From a bacterium (lineage in GTDB: Bacteria; Hinthialibacterota; Hinthialibacteria; Hinthialibacterales; Hinthialibacteraceae), in the NCBI GenBank assembly GCA_963663405.2, contig CAXXSM010000070.1, positions 47,923 to 111,922 on the forward strand: 64,000 nt of DNA, written 5' to 3'. A program made the position numbers and the translations under genes. Positions 52,696 through 63,503 of this stretch are shown piece after piece. Under the pieces are notes generated by a model, which saw only the letters and a list, made by a program, of their open reading frames with translations, was not told the DNA's origin and made no database searches. Numbering within the stretch: position 1 is the first letter of the stretch; every line of letters begins with the position of its first letter.

Positions 52696-54807
52696 ATGGC
52701 AACTGTGAGTGCGAAAGATACTTCCTTATCTGTTGTTCGCAATATTGGCGTCGCCGCCCATATCGACGCCGGTAAAACGACAACAACAGAGCGGATATTG
52801 TATTATACGGGGCGCACTTACAAAATCGGCGAAGTCCATGACGGCGCGGCTGAAATGGACTGGATGGCGCAGGAAAAGGAACGTGGGATCACAATTACTT
52901 CCGCCGCGACATATTGCCAATGGAAAGATCATCACATCAATATAATCGATACCCCCGGCCATGTGGATTTTACCATTGAGGTGGAGCGTTCCCTGCGGGT
53001 GTTGGATGGCTGTGTGGCGGTGTTTTGCGCCGTCGGCGGCGTTGAACCTCAATCTGAGACTGTTTGGCGTCAAGCGGACCGGTATCATGTGCCCCGGATT
53101 GCTTTTATAAACAAAATGGACCGTGTGGGAGCGGATTTTGACCGGGTTGTAGACCAGATTCGAACGAAACTGGGATCAAAACCTGTTCCCATACAGATTC
53201 CCATCGGGCAGGAAGCCTCGTTTTCTGGTGTTGTCGACCTGATCGAAATGAAAGCTCGTGTGTGGGAAGAAGGCGCCGACGATTATGGCACAACGTATAC
53301 GGATACAGAAATTCCCGGTGATCTACGTGAACGGGCGCAGGTTGAACGAGAAAAGTTGTTTGAAGCGATCGCAGATGTTGACGATACGATTTTAGATTTA
53401 TTTATAGAAGGGGAAAATATCGAATCTCGTGTGATCCGGGCCGCCTTGCGGAAAGCGGTGATTCAATCCGGAATTGTTCCGGTTCTCTGCGGATCCGCGT
53501 TAAAGAACAAAGGCGTGCAAATGCTGCTAGACGCCGTGATCGATTATCTTCCTTCTCCATCTGATGTTCCCCCCGTTGTTGGTTTAAATCCGGATACAAA
53601 TGAAAACGAAATACGCGAAGCCAAGGCGGATCAACCGTTTACTGCGCTTGCGTTTAAAGTGATGTCCGATCCCCATGGACGGTTAACTTATTTCCGCGTG
53701 TATTCGGGTCAATTAAATGTTGGGAGCGCTGTAATAAACGTATCGAAGGGAAAGAAAGAAAAGATCGGCCGTTTGTTGCGTATGCACGCAAATAAACGGG
53801 AAGAGACCAAGCATGTTACCGCAGGAGATATTGTTTGCGCGCCCAGTTTGAATTTTACAACAACGGGCGATACACTCAGTGAAATTGGCCATCCGATTCT
53901 ATTGGAAACTCTTTCCTTCCCTGATCCAGTCATTTTCGTTGCAATTGAACCAAAAACCACCGCCGATCAAGATCGTTTAAATACCTGTTTGGAACGGATG
54001 GCGATGGATGATCCCACATTTCACATCAAATTTGATGAGGAAACCGGTCAGACTGTTATTTCCGGGATGGGGGAACTCCATTTAGAAATTATCGTCGACC
54101 GGATCAAGCGGGAATATGGGGTCAAAGCCAATGTAGGAAAACCCCAGGTCGCGTATCGTGAGACGATCCGGAAAACGGCGGATGCGGAAGAAGAATATAT
54201 CCGGCAGCATGGCGGCCGGGGTCATTACGGGTATGTGAAATTAACGGTTGGCCCGTTGGAGAACGGCGCGGGATTTAGGTTCACTAATCGGGTTAACGAA
54301 GAATGCATCCCCAAAGAATTTATTACACCGATCGAACAAGGGATCCGGGAGAGTCTGCTCGGTGGACCGCTCCTCGGATATCCCATCGTCGATGTTGGTG
54401 TAGAGTTGACAGGTGGATCGTTCCACCAGACAGATTCCTCCGAGATGGCGTATTCCATTGCCGCGTCGATCGCGTTTCGAGCGGCGTTGGAGAAAGCGGA
54501 CCCGGTTTTATTGGAACCGATCATGTCCATCGAGATTGTGTGCCCGGATGAATGCATGGGTGATATATTAGGGAATTTAAATTCCCGCCGGGGCCGCGCA
54601 TCGGGCGTGGAACGCCGGGGCGGTTCACAGGTGATTGATGGAACCGCGCCTCTATCCGAGATGTTTGGATACGCGACAAGTCTACGGTCCTTGTCACAAG
54701 GGAGAGCGACATATACAATGGAGCTCTCACATTACGAAGAAACACCGAGCGCTATCCAGCACCAGCTGGTAACAGGAATGGGTATTTATTCGGTTCCCCG
54801 CGAATGA
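52696..54807 (+). CDS. fusA: Elongation factor G (divergent domain IV)
   Basis: [31 protein letters not shown]; located in the str operon; probable start ATG 52696. Confidence 0.97.
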   Translation: MATVSAKDTSLSVVRNIGVAAHIDAGKTTTTERILYYTGRTYKIGEVHDGAAEMDWMAQEKERGITITSAATYCQWKDHHINIIDTPGHVDFTIEVERSLRVLDGCVAVFCAVGGVEPQSETVWRQADRYHVPRIAFINKMDRVGADFDRVVDQIRTKLGSKPVPIQIPIGQEASFSGVVDLIEMKARVWEEGADDYGTTYTDTEIPGDLRERAQVEREKLFEAIADVDDTILDLFIEGENIESRVIRAALRKAVIQSGIVPVLCGSALKNKGVQMLLDAVIDYLPSPSDVPPVVGLNPDTNENEIREAKADQPFTALAFKVMSDPHGRLTYFRVYSGQLNVGSAVINVSKGKKEKIGRLLRMHANKREETKHVTAGDIVCAPSLNFTTTGDTLSEIGHPILLETLSFPDPVIFVAIEPKTTADQDRLNTCLERMAMDDPTFHIKFDEETGQTVISGMGELHLEIIVDRIKREYGVKANVGKPQVAYRETIRKTADAEEEYIRQHGGRGHYGYVKLTVGPLENGAGFRFTNRVNEECIPKEFITPIEQGIRESLLGGPLLGYPIVDVGVELTGGSFHQTDSSEMAYSIAASIAFRAALEKADPVLLEPIMSIEIVCPDECMGDILGNLNSRRGRASGVERRGGSQVIDGTAPLSEMFGYATSLRSLSQGRATYTMELSHYEETPSAIQHQLVTGMGIYSVPRE

Positions 54808-54982
54808 ACCGGAACAAAACCACAACATAAATGCCACTTGACCGGCTTGACGAAAGCCGTATCGATCAAGGCGCGCATGTCAAAGGCGAGGCGCCGTTTC
54901 GCAACGCTGTGTTTGGCGCGTGTTTTGTAGGCAAGGCAGAAAAGTAACACTCTCTGAATCGATGAGTGGAGGATGAAACATT

Positions 54983-56176
54983 ATGGCGAAACAGAAATTC
55001 GAGCGGACGAAACCGCACGTGAATGTGGGAACGATCGGTCACGTCGACCATGGCAAGACGACGCTGACGGCGGCGATCACGATGACGCAGGCCCGGACCG
55101 GCTCGGCGGAAGTTCGTACGTTTGACAGCATCGACAACGCGCCGGAAGAGCGGGAACGCGGGATCACTATCGCGACGGCGCACGTGGAATACGAATCGGA
55201 TACGCGGCATTACGCGCACGTCGACTGCCCCGGCCACGCGGACTACGTCAAGAACATGATTACCGGCGCGGCGCAGATGGACGGCGCGGTCCTGGTCGTG
55301 TCCGCCGCGGACGGCCCCATGCCGCAGACCCGCGAACACATCTTGTTGGCCCGTCAGGTGGGCGTTCCTTATATAATTGTCTTCATGAACAAAGTCGACA
55401 TGGTGGACGATCCGGAACTGCTGGAATTGGTCGAATTGGAAGTGCGGGAACTGCTGAGCCAGTACGAATTTCCCGGCGACGATATTCCCGTGATCATGGG
55501 TTCGGCGCTGAAGGCGATGGAGAATCCGGAAGACGAAGAAGCGACGAAGTGCATCAAAGAATTGATCGCGGCGATGGATTCGTACATTCCGGTGCCGGAG
55601 CGGGACGTGGACAAGCCGTTCTTGATGGCGGTGGAAGACGTGTTCAGCATCACAGGCCGTGGGACGGTGGCGACGGGCCGGATCGAGCGCGGGATCGTGC
55701 ACACGGGTGATAAAGTGGAGATCGTGGGTCTGAAAGACGAACCGACGAGCACGGTTGTGACGGGCGTGGAGATGTTCCGGAAGACGCTGGACGAAGGCCA
55801 GGCGGGAGACAACGTAGGGTTGCTTCTGCGGGGGGTTGAGCGGAACGGCATCGAACGTGGACAGGTTGTCGCGAAACCGGGCAGCATTACGCCGCATAAG
55901 AAGTTCAAAGCGAACGTCTACGTCTTGACCAAGGAAGAGGGGGGGCGGCACACGCCGTTCTTCAACGGATACCGTCCGCAGTTTTATTTCCGGACGACGG
56001 ATGTGACGGGCTCGATCAAACTGCCGGAAGGCACGGAGATGGTGATGCCGGGCGATAACATCACATTGGACGGCGAGTTGCACGAACCGATCGCGATGGA
56101 GCAGGAACTGCGGTTCGCCATCCGGGAAGGCGGCCGGACCGTCGGCGCCGGGGTCATTGGGGAAGTTGTTGAATAA
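54983..56176 (+). CDS. tuf: Elongation factor Tu
   Basis: [29 protein letters not shown]. Confidence 0.99.
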   Translation: MAKQKFERTKPHVNVGTIGHVDHGKTTLTAAITMTQARTGSAEVRTFDSIDNAPEERERGITIATAHVEYESDTRHYAHVDCPGHADYVKNMITGAAQMDGAVLVVSAADGPMPQTREHILLARQVGVPYIIVFMNKVDMVDDPELLELVELEVRELLSQYEFPGDDIPVIMGSALKAMENPEDEEATKCIKELIAAMDSYIPVPERDVDKPFLMAVEDVFSITGRGTVATGRIERGIVHTGDKVEIVGLKDEPTSTVVTGVEMFRKTLDEGQAGDNVGLLLRGVERNGIERGQVVAKPGSITPHKKFKANVYVLTKEEGGRHTPFFNGYRPQFYFRTTDVTGSIKLPEGTEMVMPGDNITLDGELHEPIAMEQELRFAIREGGRTVGAGVIGEVVE

Positions 56177-56223
56177 ACACAAGATGCAAATAGAAAACGA
56201 ATTGCTGGAGCGGAGAGAAGATC

Positions 56224-56541
56224 ATGGCTTTTGAACGGCCCAATAAAATTAGAATTCGTCTGAAGGCCTTCGATCACCGGTTGCTGGATCAATCCACACT
56301 GGAGATCGTGAATACGGCGAAGCGGACGGGCGCGAAAATCCTCGGTCCCATTCCCTTACCGACAAAAATCTCCAAGTACACGGTGCTTCGCTCTCCGCAT
56401 GTGGATAAAAAGTCACGGGAGCAGTTTGAAATTCGATCGCACAAGCGGCTGGTGGAGATCATGGATTGGAGTCCGAAGACGATGGACGCTCTAACCCAGC
56501 TGGAATTGCCGGCCGGCGTGCATGTTGAAATTAAATTGTAA
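56224..56541 (+). CDS. rpsJ: 30S ribosomal protein S10
   Basis: [22 protein letters not shown]. Confidence 0.99.
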   Translation: MAFERPNKIRIRLKAFDHRLLDQSTLEIVNTAKRTGAKILGPIPLPTKISKYTVLRSPHVDKKSREQFEIRSHKRLVEIMDWSPKTMDALTQLELPAGVHVEIKL

Positions 56542-56562
56542 AAACACCCTAGGGTAAGACAA

Positions 56563-57213
56563 ATGGTTAAATCGATTTTGGGACGGAAACTGCGCATGAC
56601 GCAGATGTTTACCGAGGATGGTCTCCGGATCCCCTTGACGGCGATTCAAGTGGGCCCTTGTCCGATCGTCCAAATCAAAAGTGTGGAAACGGATGGGTAT
56701 AATGCGCTCCAAATCGGGTATCTTCCGATGGAGGAGCGATTGGTGAACCGTCCCATCCAAGGTCATTTTAAAAAAGCGAAAGTCGCGCCTCAACGGATTC
56801 TGCGTGAAATTCGCGTCCCGGCGGTGGACGAATTTGAAGTCGGTCAAAATTTGGATAGTTCAATTTTTTCCGAAGGAGATATCGTGGATGTCTCCGGCGT
56901 CTCGAAAGGCCGGGGCTTCCAAGGCGGGGTGAGGCGACATAATTGGCGCGGCGGCCGAATGACACACGGGTCCATGTTTCACCGCGCAATCGGCGCCATC
57001 GCTCCCGGCACGGGGCAGCACCGAATTTTTAAAGGAAAGACACTTCCCGGTCATATGGGAAACGAAAATGTGACCGTTCAAAATCTGGAAGTCGTCAAGA
57101 TCGACGCGGAGAATCATATTCTCTACATTCGCGGGGGGATCCCGGGTCCGAATGGGGGAGTGATTTATGTTAAAGCGTCGTCAAAGAGAAAACGCAAAAA
57201 GGGCGAAGCCTAA
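56563..57213 (+). CDS. rplC: 50S ribosomal protein L3
   Basis: [21 protein letters not shown]. Confidence 0.98.
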   Translation: MVKSILGRKLRMTQMFTEDGLRIPLTAIQVGPCPIVQIKSVETDGYNALQIGYLPMEERLVNRPIQGHFKKAKVAPQRILREIRVPAVDEFEVGQNLDSSIFSEGDIVDVSGVSKGRGFQGGVRRHNWRGGRMTHGSMFHRAIGAIAPGTGQHRIFKGKTLPGHMGNENVTVQNLEVVKIDAENHILYIRGGIPGPNGGVIYVKASSKRKRKKGEA

Positions 57214-57228
57214 GAAACGGAAGATCTC

Positions 57229-57879
57229 ATGGCTGTTGTAGATATATTCGATCATCAAAAACAAGTGACGGAGCAAATGGAATTGGATGATTCCGTTTAT
57301 TCCGCTCCCGTGAATGACACGTTTCTTCACCAGGTTCTGGTCTCTTATCAAGCCAATAAAAGACAGGGAACGTCATTGGTGAAGAACCGGAACACGGTCA
57401 GTGGCACAAAGTCAAAGCCGTTCCGTCAAAAAGGAACGGGCCGGGCCCGGCAAGGCACGATGCGGGCGCCGCATCACCGGGGCGGCGCGACGCAGTTCGG
57501 TCCCGTGCCTCGATCGTACCGCAAACGGATTCCGAAAAAGATGAAACAGCTCGCGTTTCGGCAATGTCTCTCATTGAAGCGGGAGCGAGGGGAATTGTTC
57601 GTGCTAACCGATTTGGATTTTGCCGAAATTCAAACGAAACAAGCGTCGTCGATCCTTCGTTCTTTTGAAACCAACGGCCGCACATTGTTTGTGGACGCGG
57701 ATACAAAACCAAACGCGTATCTCTCCTTCCGGAATCTAGCGCAATCCCGCTATATGCCGATGAATATCTGTTCGCCACTGGATATCTTCGAATCGGATTA
57801 TTTATTTATTACGAAAGAAGCCGCCGATCTATTCCAGAAACGATACGCCAAGGAGGGAGCCGAGGATCATGCTGAGTAA
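57229..57879 (+). CDS. rplD: 50S ribosomal protein L4
   Basis: KPFRQKGTGRARQG, RGG..FGP.PR. Confidence 0.98.
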   Translation: MAVVDIFDHQKQVTEQMELDDSVYSAPVNDTFLHQVLVSYQANKRQGTSLVKNRNTVSGTKSKPFRQKGTGRARQGTMRAPHHRGGATQFGPVPRSYRKRIPKKMKQLAFRQCLSLKRERGELFVLTDLDFAEIQTKQASSILRSFETNGRTLFVDADTKPNAYLSFRNLAQSRYMPMNICSPLDIFESDYLFITKEAADLFQKRYAKEGAEDHAE

Positions 57880-58156
57880 TTACGATATCATCCGCGAGGC
57901 CGTATTCACCGAACGGACGACGAACCTCTCCGAAAAGGAAAACGTTTATACGTTCCGGGTGAAAAATTCGGCGAATAAGCTTCAGATCAAGGCCGCCATC
58001 GAGGAAGCGTTCCATGTGAAAGTGGTTGAAGTGCGCACTGTGAATGTGCATCCAAAACGGAAGATGGATCGTTATCGTGGGATCATAGGTAAGACCCGTG
58101 GTTTTAAAAAGGCGATGGTGAAGCTCGCAAAAGGCGATCTGATTGAATTCGTTTAA
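57869..58156 (+). CDS. rplW: 50S ribosomal protein L23
   Basis: ANKLQIKAAIEEAF.VKV..V.T, KKAMVKL. Confidence 0.97.
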   Translation: MLSNYDIIREAVFTERTTNLSEKENVYTFRVKNSANKLQIKAAIEEAFHVKVVEVRTVNVHPKRKMDRYRGIIGKTRGFKKAMVKLAKGDLIEFV

Positions 58157-58181
58157 GCGTTTAAACATTGGAGTATAAATC

Positions 58182-59018
58182 GTGGCTGTGAAGCAATATA
58201 ACCCAACAACTCCGACCCGCCGGTTTCAGACGACATCGGCGTTTGAAGAGTTGACCAAGAAGAAAAAGCCGGAGAGGAGCCTGTTGCATCCGGTCAAGAA
58301 ATCGGGCGGACGCAACGCCAACGGCCGGATAACGGTTCGCCATCGCGGGGGAGGGCACAAGCGCCGCTATCGGATCATTGATTTCAAGCGCGATAAAAAC
58401 GGAATCCCGGCTAAAGTGGCTTCGATCGAATACGATCCGAACCGGACCGCGCGTATCGCATTGCTGCATTATGCGGATGGCGAAAAGCGATATATCATTG
58501 CGCCGGACGGGCTCAAACCGGGTGTAGAAGTCTTTTCGGGAGAGGGTTCGCCTCACAAGGTCGGGAATTGTCTTCCGTTGCGGGAGATCTTAGACGGCAC
58601 AATCGTACATGCGATTGAACTTAAGATCGGCAAGGGAGCGGCGATGGCCCGCGCCGCTGGCACCTCGGCGCAAGTGATGGGCCGTGAGGGTGATTACGCG
58701 CGGATTAAACTGCCATCATCGGAAGTGCGTTTGGTGCATCTCAATTGCCGCGCGACCATTGGGCAAACATCCAATACCGACAACGAGAATTTATCCATAG
58801 GGAAAGCGGGCCGGACGCGTTGGAAAGGCAAACGGCCACACGTTCGTGGCGTCGCGATGAACCCAGTCGATCACCCACTCGGTGGTGGAGAGGGTCGTTC
58901 GTCCGGTGGGCGGCATCCCTGTACGCCTTGGGGCGTTCCGACCAAAGGGTATAAAACCCGCCGGAATAAGCGGACGTCACAGATGATCGTTGAGAAGCGG
59001 AAGAAGAAGAAACGATAA
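58182..59018 (+). CDS. rplB: 50S ribosomal protein L2
   Basis: [27 protein letters not shown]. Confidence 0.99.
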   Translation: MAVKQYNPTTPTRRFQTTSAFEELTKKKKPERSLLHPVKKSGGRNANGRITVRHRGGGHKRRYRIIDFKRDKNGIPAKVASIEYDPNRTARIALLHYADGEKRYIIAPDGLKPGVEVFSGEGSPHKVGNCLPLREILDGTIVHAIELKIGKGAAMARAAGTSAQVMGREGDYARIKLPSSEVRLVHLNCRATIGQTSNTDNENLSIGKAGRTRWKGKRPHVRGVAMNPVDHPLGGGEGRSSGGRHPCTPWGVPTKGYKTRRNKRTSQMIVEKRKKKKR

Positions 59019-59025
59019 AAATAGT

Positions 59026-59183
59026 AACCATCATGATTTGAGATGACAAATGAAAATGAGTTGCGAGAGAGATCTTGAACGAGAAAGCCTTAGAAACTCA
59101 TTTTTTATATAAATCGCAACGCGCAAATGAAAAGAGTTGTATAAGAACTTGCGAGTGAGAGAACCTTAAAAGCTTATTCTCAT
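59026..59183. repeat. Tandem pair of family-A elements in the rplB-rpsS spacer
   Basis: aaccatcatgatttgagatgacaaatgaaaatgagt...actcatttttt, then caacgcgcaaatgaaaagagtt...cttattctcat. Confidence 0.8.
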
Positions 59184-59210
59184 CGAAGCGAGTCGATAGA
59201 GGAAACCACC

Positions 59211-59495
59211 ATGGTAAGGTCGCTGAAAAAAGGGCCCTTTATAGAGAAGAGATTATTGGCACGCATTCAGCAGATGAATGTGAAAGGCGAGAAGAAAGTG
59301 ATCCGCACATGGTCGCGTGCGAGCGTCGTCCTTCCGGAAATGGTGGGTCATACGATTGCGGTTCACAATGGGAAAAAGTTCGTCCCCGTTTTTTTAACGG
59401 AAAACATGGTCGGACACCGGTTGGGTGAGTTTTCCCCAACGCGGACGTTTAAATCGCACGGTGGAAAGACCGCGCGGGTCATGCGCCTGAAGTAG
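59211..59495 (+). CDS. rpsS: 30S ribosomal protein S19
   Basis: [23 protein letters not shown]. Confidence 0.99.
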   Translation: MVRSLKKGPFIEKRLLARIQQMNVKGEKKVIRTWSRASVVLPEMVGHTIAVHNGKKFVPVFLTENMVGHRLGEFSPTRTFKSHGGKTARVMRLK

Positions 59496-59508
59496 GAGAG
59501 ATTGAATC

Positions 59509-59841
59509 ATGGCTATGCACGCCAAACTGCGTTATTGCCGGATGTCGGCGAGAAAATTACGGCTGGCCGCCGATGCGATCCGGGACAAACCTTATCCGGA
59601 AGCCGTCAGTATATTGACGTTTCTGTCCAAACGGAAAGCGGCGGAGATTTTGTTAAAGTTATTGAAATCCGCCGCGGCGAATACGGAAGAAACCACCGAG
59701 TTTGATCCGGAAGAGATGTACGTGCGCAAAGTATGCGTTGATGGGGCGCGGATGTTAAAGCGGTTTCGTCCCGCTCCCATGGGCCGGGCGTTGCGAGTGC
59801 GGAAACGTTTAAGCCATATCACTATATCCCTGGGGATGTAA
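59509..59841 (+). CDS. rplV: 50S ribosomal protein L22
   Basis: SARKLRL.AD.IR, SAAAN, RFRPAPMGRA...SHIT. Confidence 0.97.
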   Translation: MAMHAKLRYCRMSARKLRLAADAIRDKPYPEAVSILTFLSKRKAAEILLKLLKSAAANTEETTEFDPEEMYVRKVCVDGARMLKRFRPAPMGRALRVRKRLSHITISLGM

Positions 59842-59874
59842 CACGGCGGAAACGGGGAAAAGCGAGGAGTTATT

Positions 59875-60540
59875 GTGGGCCAGAAAGTTCATCCATACGG
59901 ATTCCGAGTTGGAATCTATAAAAACTGGAAATCACGGTGGTTCGCCGAACGGGATTATGGCAACCTCTTGCATGAAGATTTGGAAATCCGGAAAGCCATC
60001 AAAAAACGGCTGTTTCACGCCGGTGTGAGTGAAGTGGAGATTGAACGCTTCACGCAGCGGATGCGATTGACGATTTTCGCCGCCCGGCCGGGTATTATCA
60101 TTGGCCGGAAGGGTGTGGAAGTGGAACGGCTGAAGAAAATGTTGAGCGGCATGACCGACCGGCAGGTGCATATCAATATCCGGGAAATCAAGAATCCCGA
60201 GTTGGACGCGCAATTGCAGGCGGAAAGCATCGCCTTGCAGCTGGAACGGCGTGTCTCTTTCCGCCGTGCGCTCAAGCGGGCGCAGCAAGGCACTATGCAG
60301 GCGGGCGCATTGGGCATCAAAGTGATGGTTTCAGGCCGGCTCGGAGGCGCGGAGATGTCGAGAAAAGAATGGTACCGTGAAGGCCGGGTGCCGTTGCATA
60401 CGCTCCGAGCGGATATTGATTATGGCTTCTCTGAAGCGCGGACGACCTACGGGCGGATCGGTGTGAAAGTATGGATCTTCAAAGGGGAGATGACATCCCA
60501 GATCTCGGCCCAGCCGATTGAAGAGGAGGTGGCTTCCTAA
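59875..60540 (+). CDS. rpsC: 30S ribosomal protein S3
   Basis: [25 protein letters not shown]. Confidence 0.99.
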   Translation: MGQKVHPYGFRVGIYKNWKSRWFAERDYGNLLHEDLEIRKAIKKRLFHAGVSEVEIERFTQRMRLTIFAARPGIIIGRKGVEVERLKKMLSGMTDRQVHINIREIKNPELDAQLQAESIALQLERRVSFRRALKRAQQGTMQAGALGIKVMVSGRLGGAEMSRKEWYREGRVPLHTLRADIDYGFSEARTTYGRIGVKVWIFKGEMTSQISAQPIEEEVAS

Positions 60541-60956
60541 TGTTAATGCCCGCCCGTGAAAAATTTCGAAAAGTGCACCGCGGCAACCGGCGGGGGATCG
60601 CCTGCCGGGGAACCAAAGTCAATTTCGGTGATTATGGATTGAAGGCGATGACAGGGGGGTGGATCACCGCCCGGCAGATTGAAGCGTCCCGTGTCGCCAT
60701 TACCCGTCACATGAAGAGGCGTGGAAAATTGTGGATTCGTATTTTTCCCCACAAACCCATCACCGCCAAACCCGCGGAAACCCGAATGGGAGGCGGTAAA
60801 GGCGCGCCGGAGAAGCATGTGGCAGTTGTGAAACCAGGGCACGTGTTGTTCGAGTTGGTGGGAGTGTCGGAAGAGATCGCCCGGGAAGCGTTCCGGTTAG
60901 CGAGTCATAAGCTCCCGTTGAAAGTGCGTTTTGCAACGCGCGATGAGACTATGTAA
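60540..60956 (+). CDS. rplP: 50S ribosomal protein L16
   Basis: [20 protein letters not shown]. Confidence 0.99.
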   Translation: MLMPAREKFRKVHRGNRRGIACRGTKVNFGDYGLKAMTGGWITARQIEASRVAITRHMKRRGKLWIRIFPHKPITAKPAETRMGGGKGAPEKHVAVVKPGHVLFELVGVSEEIAREAFRLASHKLPLKVRFATRDETM

Positions 60957-60969
60957 GGTAGGTGTGATG

Positions 60970-61179
60970 ATGAAGGCTGACGATTTTCGTTCGCTTTCCA
61001 TAGAAGAACTGGACGTTCGGATCGCTGATATGCGCAAGCAGCTGTTCAATTACCGGATGCAGCTTCATTCCAGTCAATTGTCGAATACGAACAAGATCCG
61101 CGACGCAAAGCGGGATATTGCCAGAGCGATGACCGTCCGGGATGAGATAAGCCGGCAAATGGCGGGTACAGAATCATGA
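60970..61179 (+). CDS. rpmC: 50S ribosomal protein L29
   Basis: [14 protein letters not shown]...LFNYRMQ...KRDIAR. Confidence 0.95.
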   Translation: MKADDFRSLSIEELDVRIADMRKQLFNYRMQLHSSQLSNTNKIRDAKRDIARAMTVRDEISRQMAGTES

Positions 61180-61445
61180 GTGAAAAGAAAAGATCGAGTC
61201 GAAAAATCCGTGAGGGTGTCGTTGTGAGCGCCGCCATGGACAAAACCGTAGTCGTGAAGATTGAGCGGTTGGTCCGGCACCCCCAGTATGGCAAAGTCGT
61301 TCGCCGCTATAAGAAAGTCAAAGCGCACGACGAACAGGGGCAGTGCGGTAAAGGGGATGTGGTCCGGATCATGGAAACCCGCCCGTTGAGCAAGACGAAG
61401 TGTTGGCGCTATATAGAAACCATTCGCAAAGCGGAGATCGTTTAA
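61176..61445 (+). CDS. rpsQ: 30S ribosomal protein S17
   Basis: [28 protein letters not shown]. Confidence 0.99.
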   Translation: MSEKKRSSRKIREGVVVSAAMDKTVVVKIERLVRHPQYGKVVRRYKKVKAHDEQGQCGKGDVVRIMETRPLSKTKCWRYIETIRKAEIV

Positions 61446-61467
61446 ACGTTGAGGCTGGAGGAAGACC

Positions 61468-61836
61468 GTGATTCAAGAATATACGAAGTTGCAAGTGGCG
61501 GATAATTCCGGCGCGCGGAAGTTAATGTGCTTCAAGGTGCTTGGCGGCAGCCGGCGCCGGTACGCCCGTGTCGGAGACGTCGTGGTCGCCAGCGTCAAAG
61601 AAGCGATCCCTGAATCCAACGTCAAAAAAGGGGCGATTGTGAAAGCGGTGATCGTGCGGACGAGAAAAGAGACACTGCGGCAGGATGGTTCAACGATTCG
61701 ATTTGACAATAACGCGGCGGTGATCATCAACGATGCGGGGGATCCGATCGGCACACGTATTTTCGGTCCCGTCGCTCGCGAACTACGAGAGAAGCAATAT
61801 ATGAAGATCATCTCTCTCGCGCCGGAGGTGTTGTAA
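61468..61836 (+). CDS. rplN: 50S ribosomal protein L14
   Basis: [28 protein letters not shown]. Confidence 0.99.
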   Translation: MIQEYTKLQVADNSGARKLMCFKVLGGSRRRYARVGDVVVASVKEAIPESNVKKGAIVKAVIVRTRKETLRQDGSTIRFDNNAAVIINDAGDPIGTRIFGPVARELREKQYMKIISLAPEVL

Positions 61837-62075
61837 TGACTCGAATCCAAAAGGTCCGTTTTAAAAAAGGGGATGTGGTACAAGTGATCGCCGGAGATGA
61901 TAAAGATAAAACCGGCAAAGTGCTTCGCGTGAATCACAAGCTAGGGCGTGTGGTCGTGCAAGGTGTTAATATGATGAAGAAACACCAGAAGCCGAATCCT
62001 CAGTCGAATCAACCCGGTGGAATTATTGAGCGGGAAGGTCCGATTCACCCATCCAACATTCGTTTGGTAAAGTAA
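61836..62075 (+). CDS. rplX: 50S ribosomal protein L24 (short form)
   Basis: KKGD.V.VIAGDDK.K.GKV KOW motif, GGIIEREGPIHPSN. Confidence 0.96.
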   Translation: MTRIQKVRFKKGDVVQVIAGDDKDKTGKVLRVNHKLGRVVVQGVNMMKKHQKPNPQSNQPGGIIEREGPIHPSNIRLVK

Positions 62076-62088
62076 TGAGTTAGAAATC

Positions 62089-62705
62089 ATGGCTGACGAA
62101 AAACAGAAACCGAAAAGAAGAAGAAAAAAGAAGAAGATCAAGAGACGGACGCTCTAAAAGGATATCATTCCCGCTTGGAGAGTGATTTCCGCGACCGTAT
62201 TGTTCCGGAAATGATGAAGAAGTTTGGCTATACAAACATCATGCAGGCGCCCAAGTTGGTGAAAATCGTGCTCAACATGGGGGTCGGTGAGGCCAGCCGG
62301 GACGCCAAAATGCTGGATGGCCTGCGGGAGAATTTAGAAACGATCGCGGGGCAACGGGTGGTCGTGACCCGCGCGCGGAAATCGATCGCGAATTTTAAAC
62401 TGCGGGAAGGCATGGTCGTTGGGTGCAGCACAACGCTCCGGCGGACAAAAATGTTTGATTTTCTCGACCGGCTTATGAATATCTGCATCCCTCGTATTCG
62501 AGACTTTCGCGGACTCTCTCCACGTTCGTTTGACGGCCGTGGGAATTATTCGATGGGTGTGCAGGAACAGTTGATTTTCCCGGAAATAAATTACGATTCG
62601 ATTCCACAGGTTCAGGGGATGAATATCTCCTTCGTGACGACCGCGAAGACGGATGAAGAAGCGTTGGCGTTGTTGACTTTGTTCGGCATGCCGTTTCGGA
62701 CTTGA
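62089..62705 (+). CDS. rplE: 50S ribosomal protein L5 with charged N-terminal extension (probable 1-nt deletion in an A-run near 62100)
   Basis: [23 protein letters not shown]; ATG 62089 joins the frame if one A is added. Confidence 0.95.
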
Positions 62706-62840
62706 AAAGAGTTGAATCATGAGAGAATTAGAACTCACGTCTAAAACTCTCGTGCATTTAGATTACATCGTGTAAATAAAAATGAGTAGCGAGTGAATGC
62801 TTGTGAGAACTTTGCTAATACTCATTTTTACATAAATCGG
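62703..62840. repeat. Tandem pair of family-A elements in the rplE-rpsN spacer
   Basis: tgaaaagagtt...aactct, then tagattacatcgtgtaaataaaaatgagta...tactcatttttacataaatcg. Confidence 0.75.
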
Positions 62841-62851
62841 AGGAAGAACGG

Positions 62852-63037
62852 ATGGCTAAGAAAAGCCTGATCGTCAAGGCGTCACGGCCACAAAAATTCA
62901 AAGTGCGGGAATACAGCCGGTGTAAGCGTTGCGGCCGCACCCGTGCATACTATCGAAGATTTAAATTATGCCGGGTTTGTCTGCGCGAGTTGGCGCTGGA
63001 AGGCTATATCCCGGGGATGACGAAATCCAGTTGGTAA
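62852..63037 (+). CDS. rpsN: 30S ribosomal protein S14, zinc-binding (type Z)
   Basis: 61 aa; CKRC...CRVC; IPG..KSSW. Confidence 0.98.
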   Translation: MAKKSLIVKASRPQKFKVREYSRCKRCGRTRAYYRRFKLCRVCLRELALEGYIPGMTKSSW

Positions 63038-63071
63038 GACATTACGAGAAGAGAAAAAAGGAGCCACCATT

Positions 63072-63470
63072 ATGCCGGTGACCGATCCCATCGCGGATCT
63101 GTTGACACGGATTCGCAACGCCAATATAGGAAAAAAGGAAAAGGTCGAGGCGCCTGCGTCGAAGATCAAACAATCGATCGTCGATATCCTCAAACGGGAG
63201 GGATACATCCGCAGTTACCGTGTACTGGAAGACCGGGGATTTAAGGTATTGCGCATTTATCTTAAATATGGCCCCAAACAGGAACGCGTGATTACCGGTT
63301 TGGAGCGGGTGAGTAAACCGAGTGTGCGCCGCTATGCGGGAAAAGACAGTCTTCCCCGTGTAATCGGAGGATTGGGCGTCTGCATTATTTCGACCTCGCG
63401 AGGATTAATGACCGATCGAGACGCGCGCCGGCAGGGTATCGGCGGCGAGTTGTTGTGTAAAATCTGGTAA
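63072..63470 (+). CDS. rpsH: 30S ribosomal protein S8
   Basis: [23 protein letters not shown]. Confidence 0.99.
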   Translation: MPVTDPIADLLTRIRNANIGKKEKVEAPASKIKQSIVDILKREGYIRSYRVLEDRGFKVLRIYLKYGPKQERVITGLERVSKPSVRRYAGKDSLPRVIGGLGVCIISTSRGLMTDRDARRQGIGGELLCKIW

Positions 63471-63503
63471 TTGTAAAAGAGCGCAGACATAGAGAGAAGA
63501 ACC

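Noticed and set aside
54808-54982. tRNA or ncRNA in the fusA-tuf spacer
   Set aside because: Some pairing potential but no cloverleaf or T-loop signature; no tRNA or rRNA was recognised anywhere in the window.
59026-59183. Family-A repeat/spacer pattern as a mini-CRISPR
   Set aside because: Only two degenerate units per site, repeats too divergent, no cas genes or leader; kept as a dispersed repeat.
61836-62075. Truncated L24 as a pseudogene
   Set aside because: Clean stop after the conserved core; short L24 forms occur in other bacteria.
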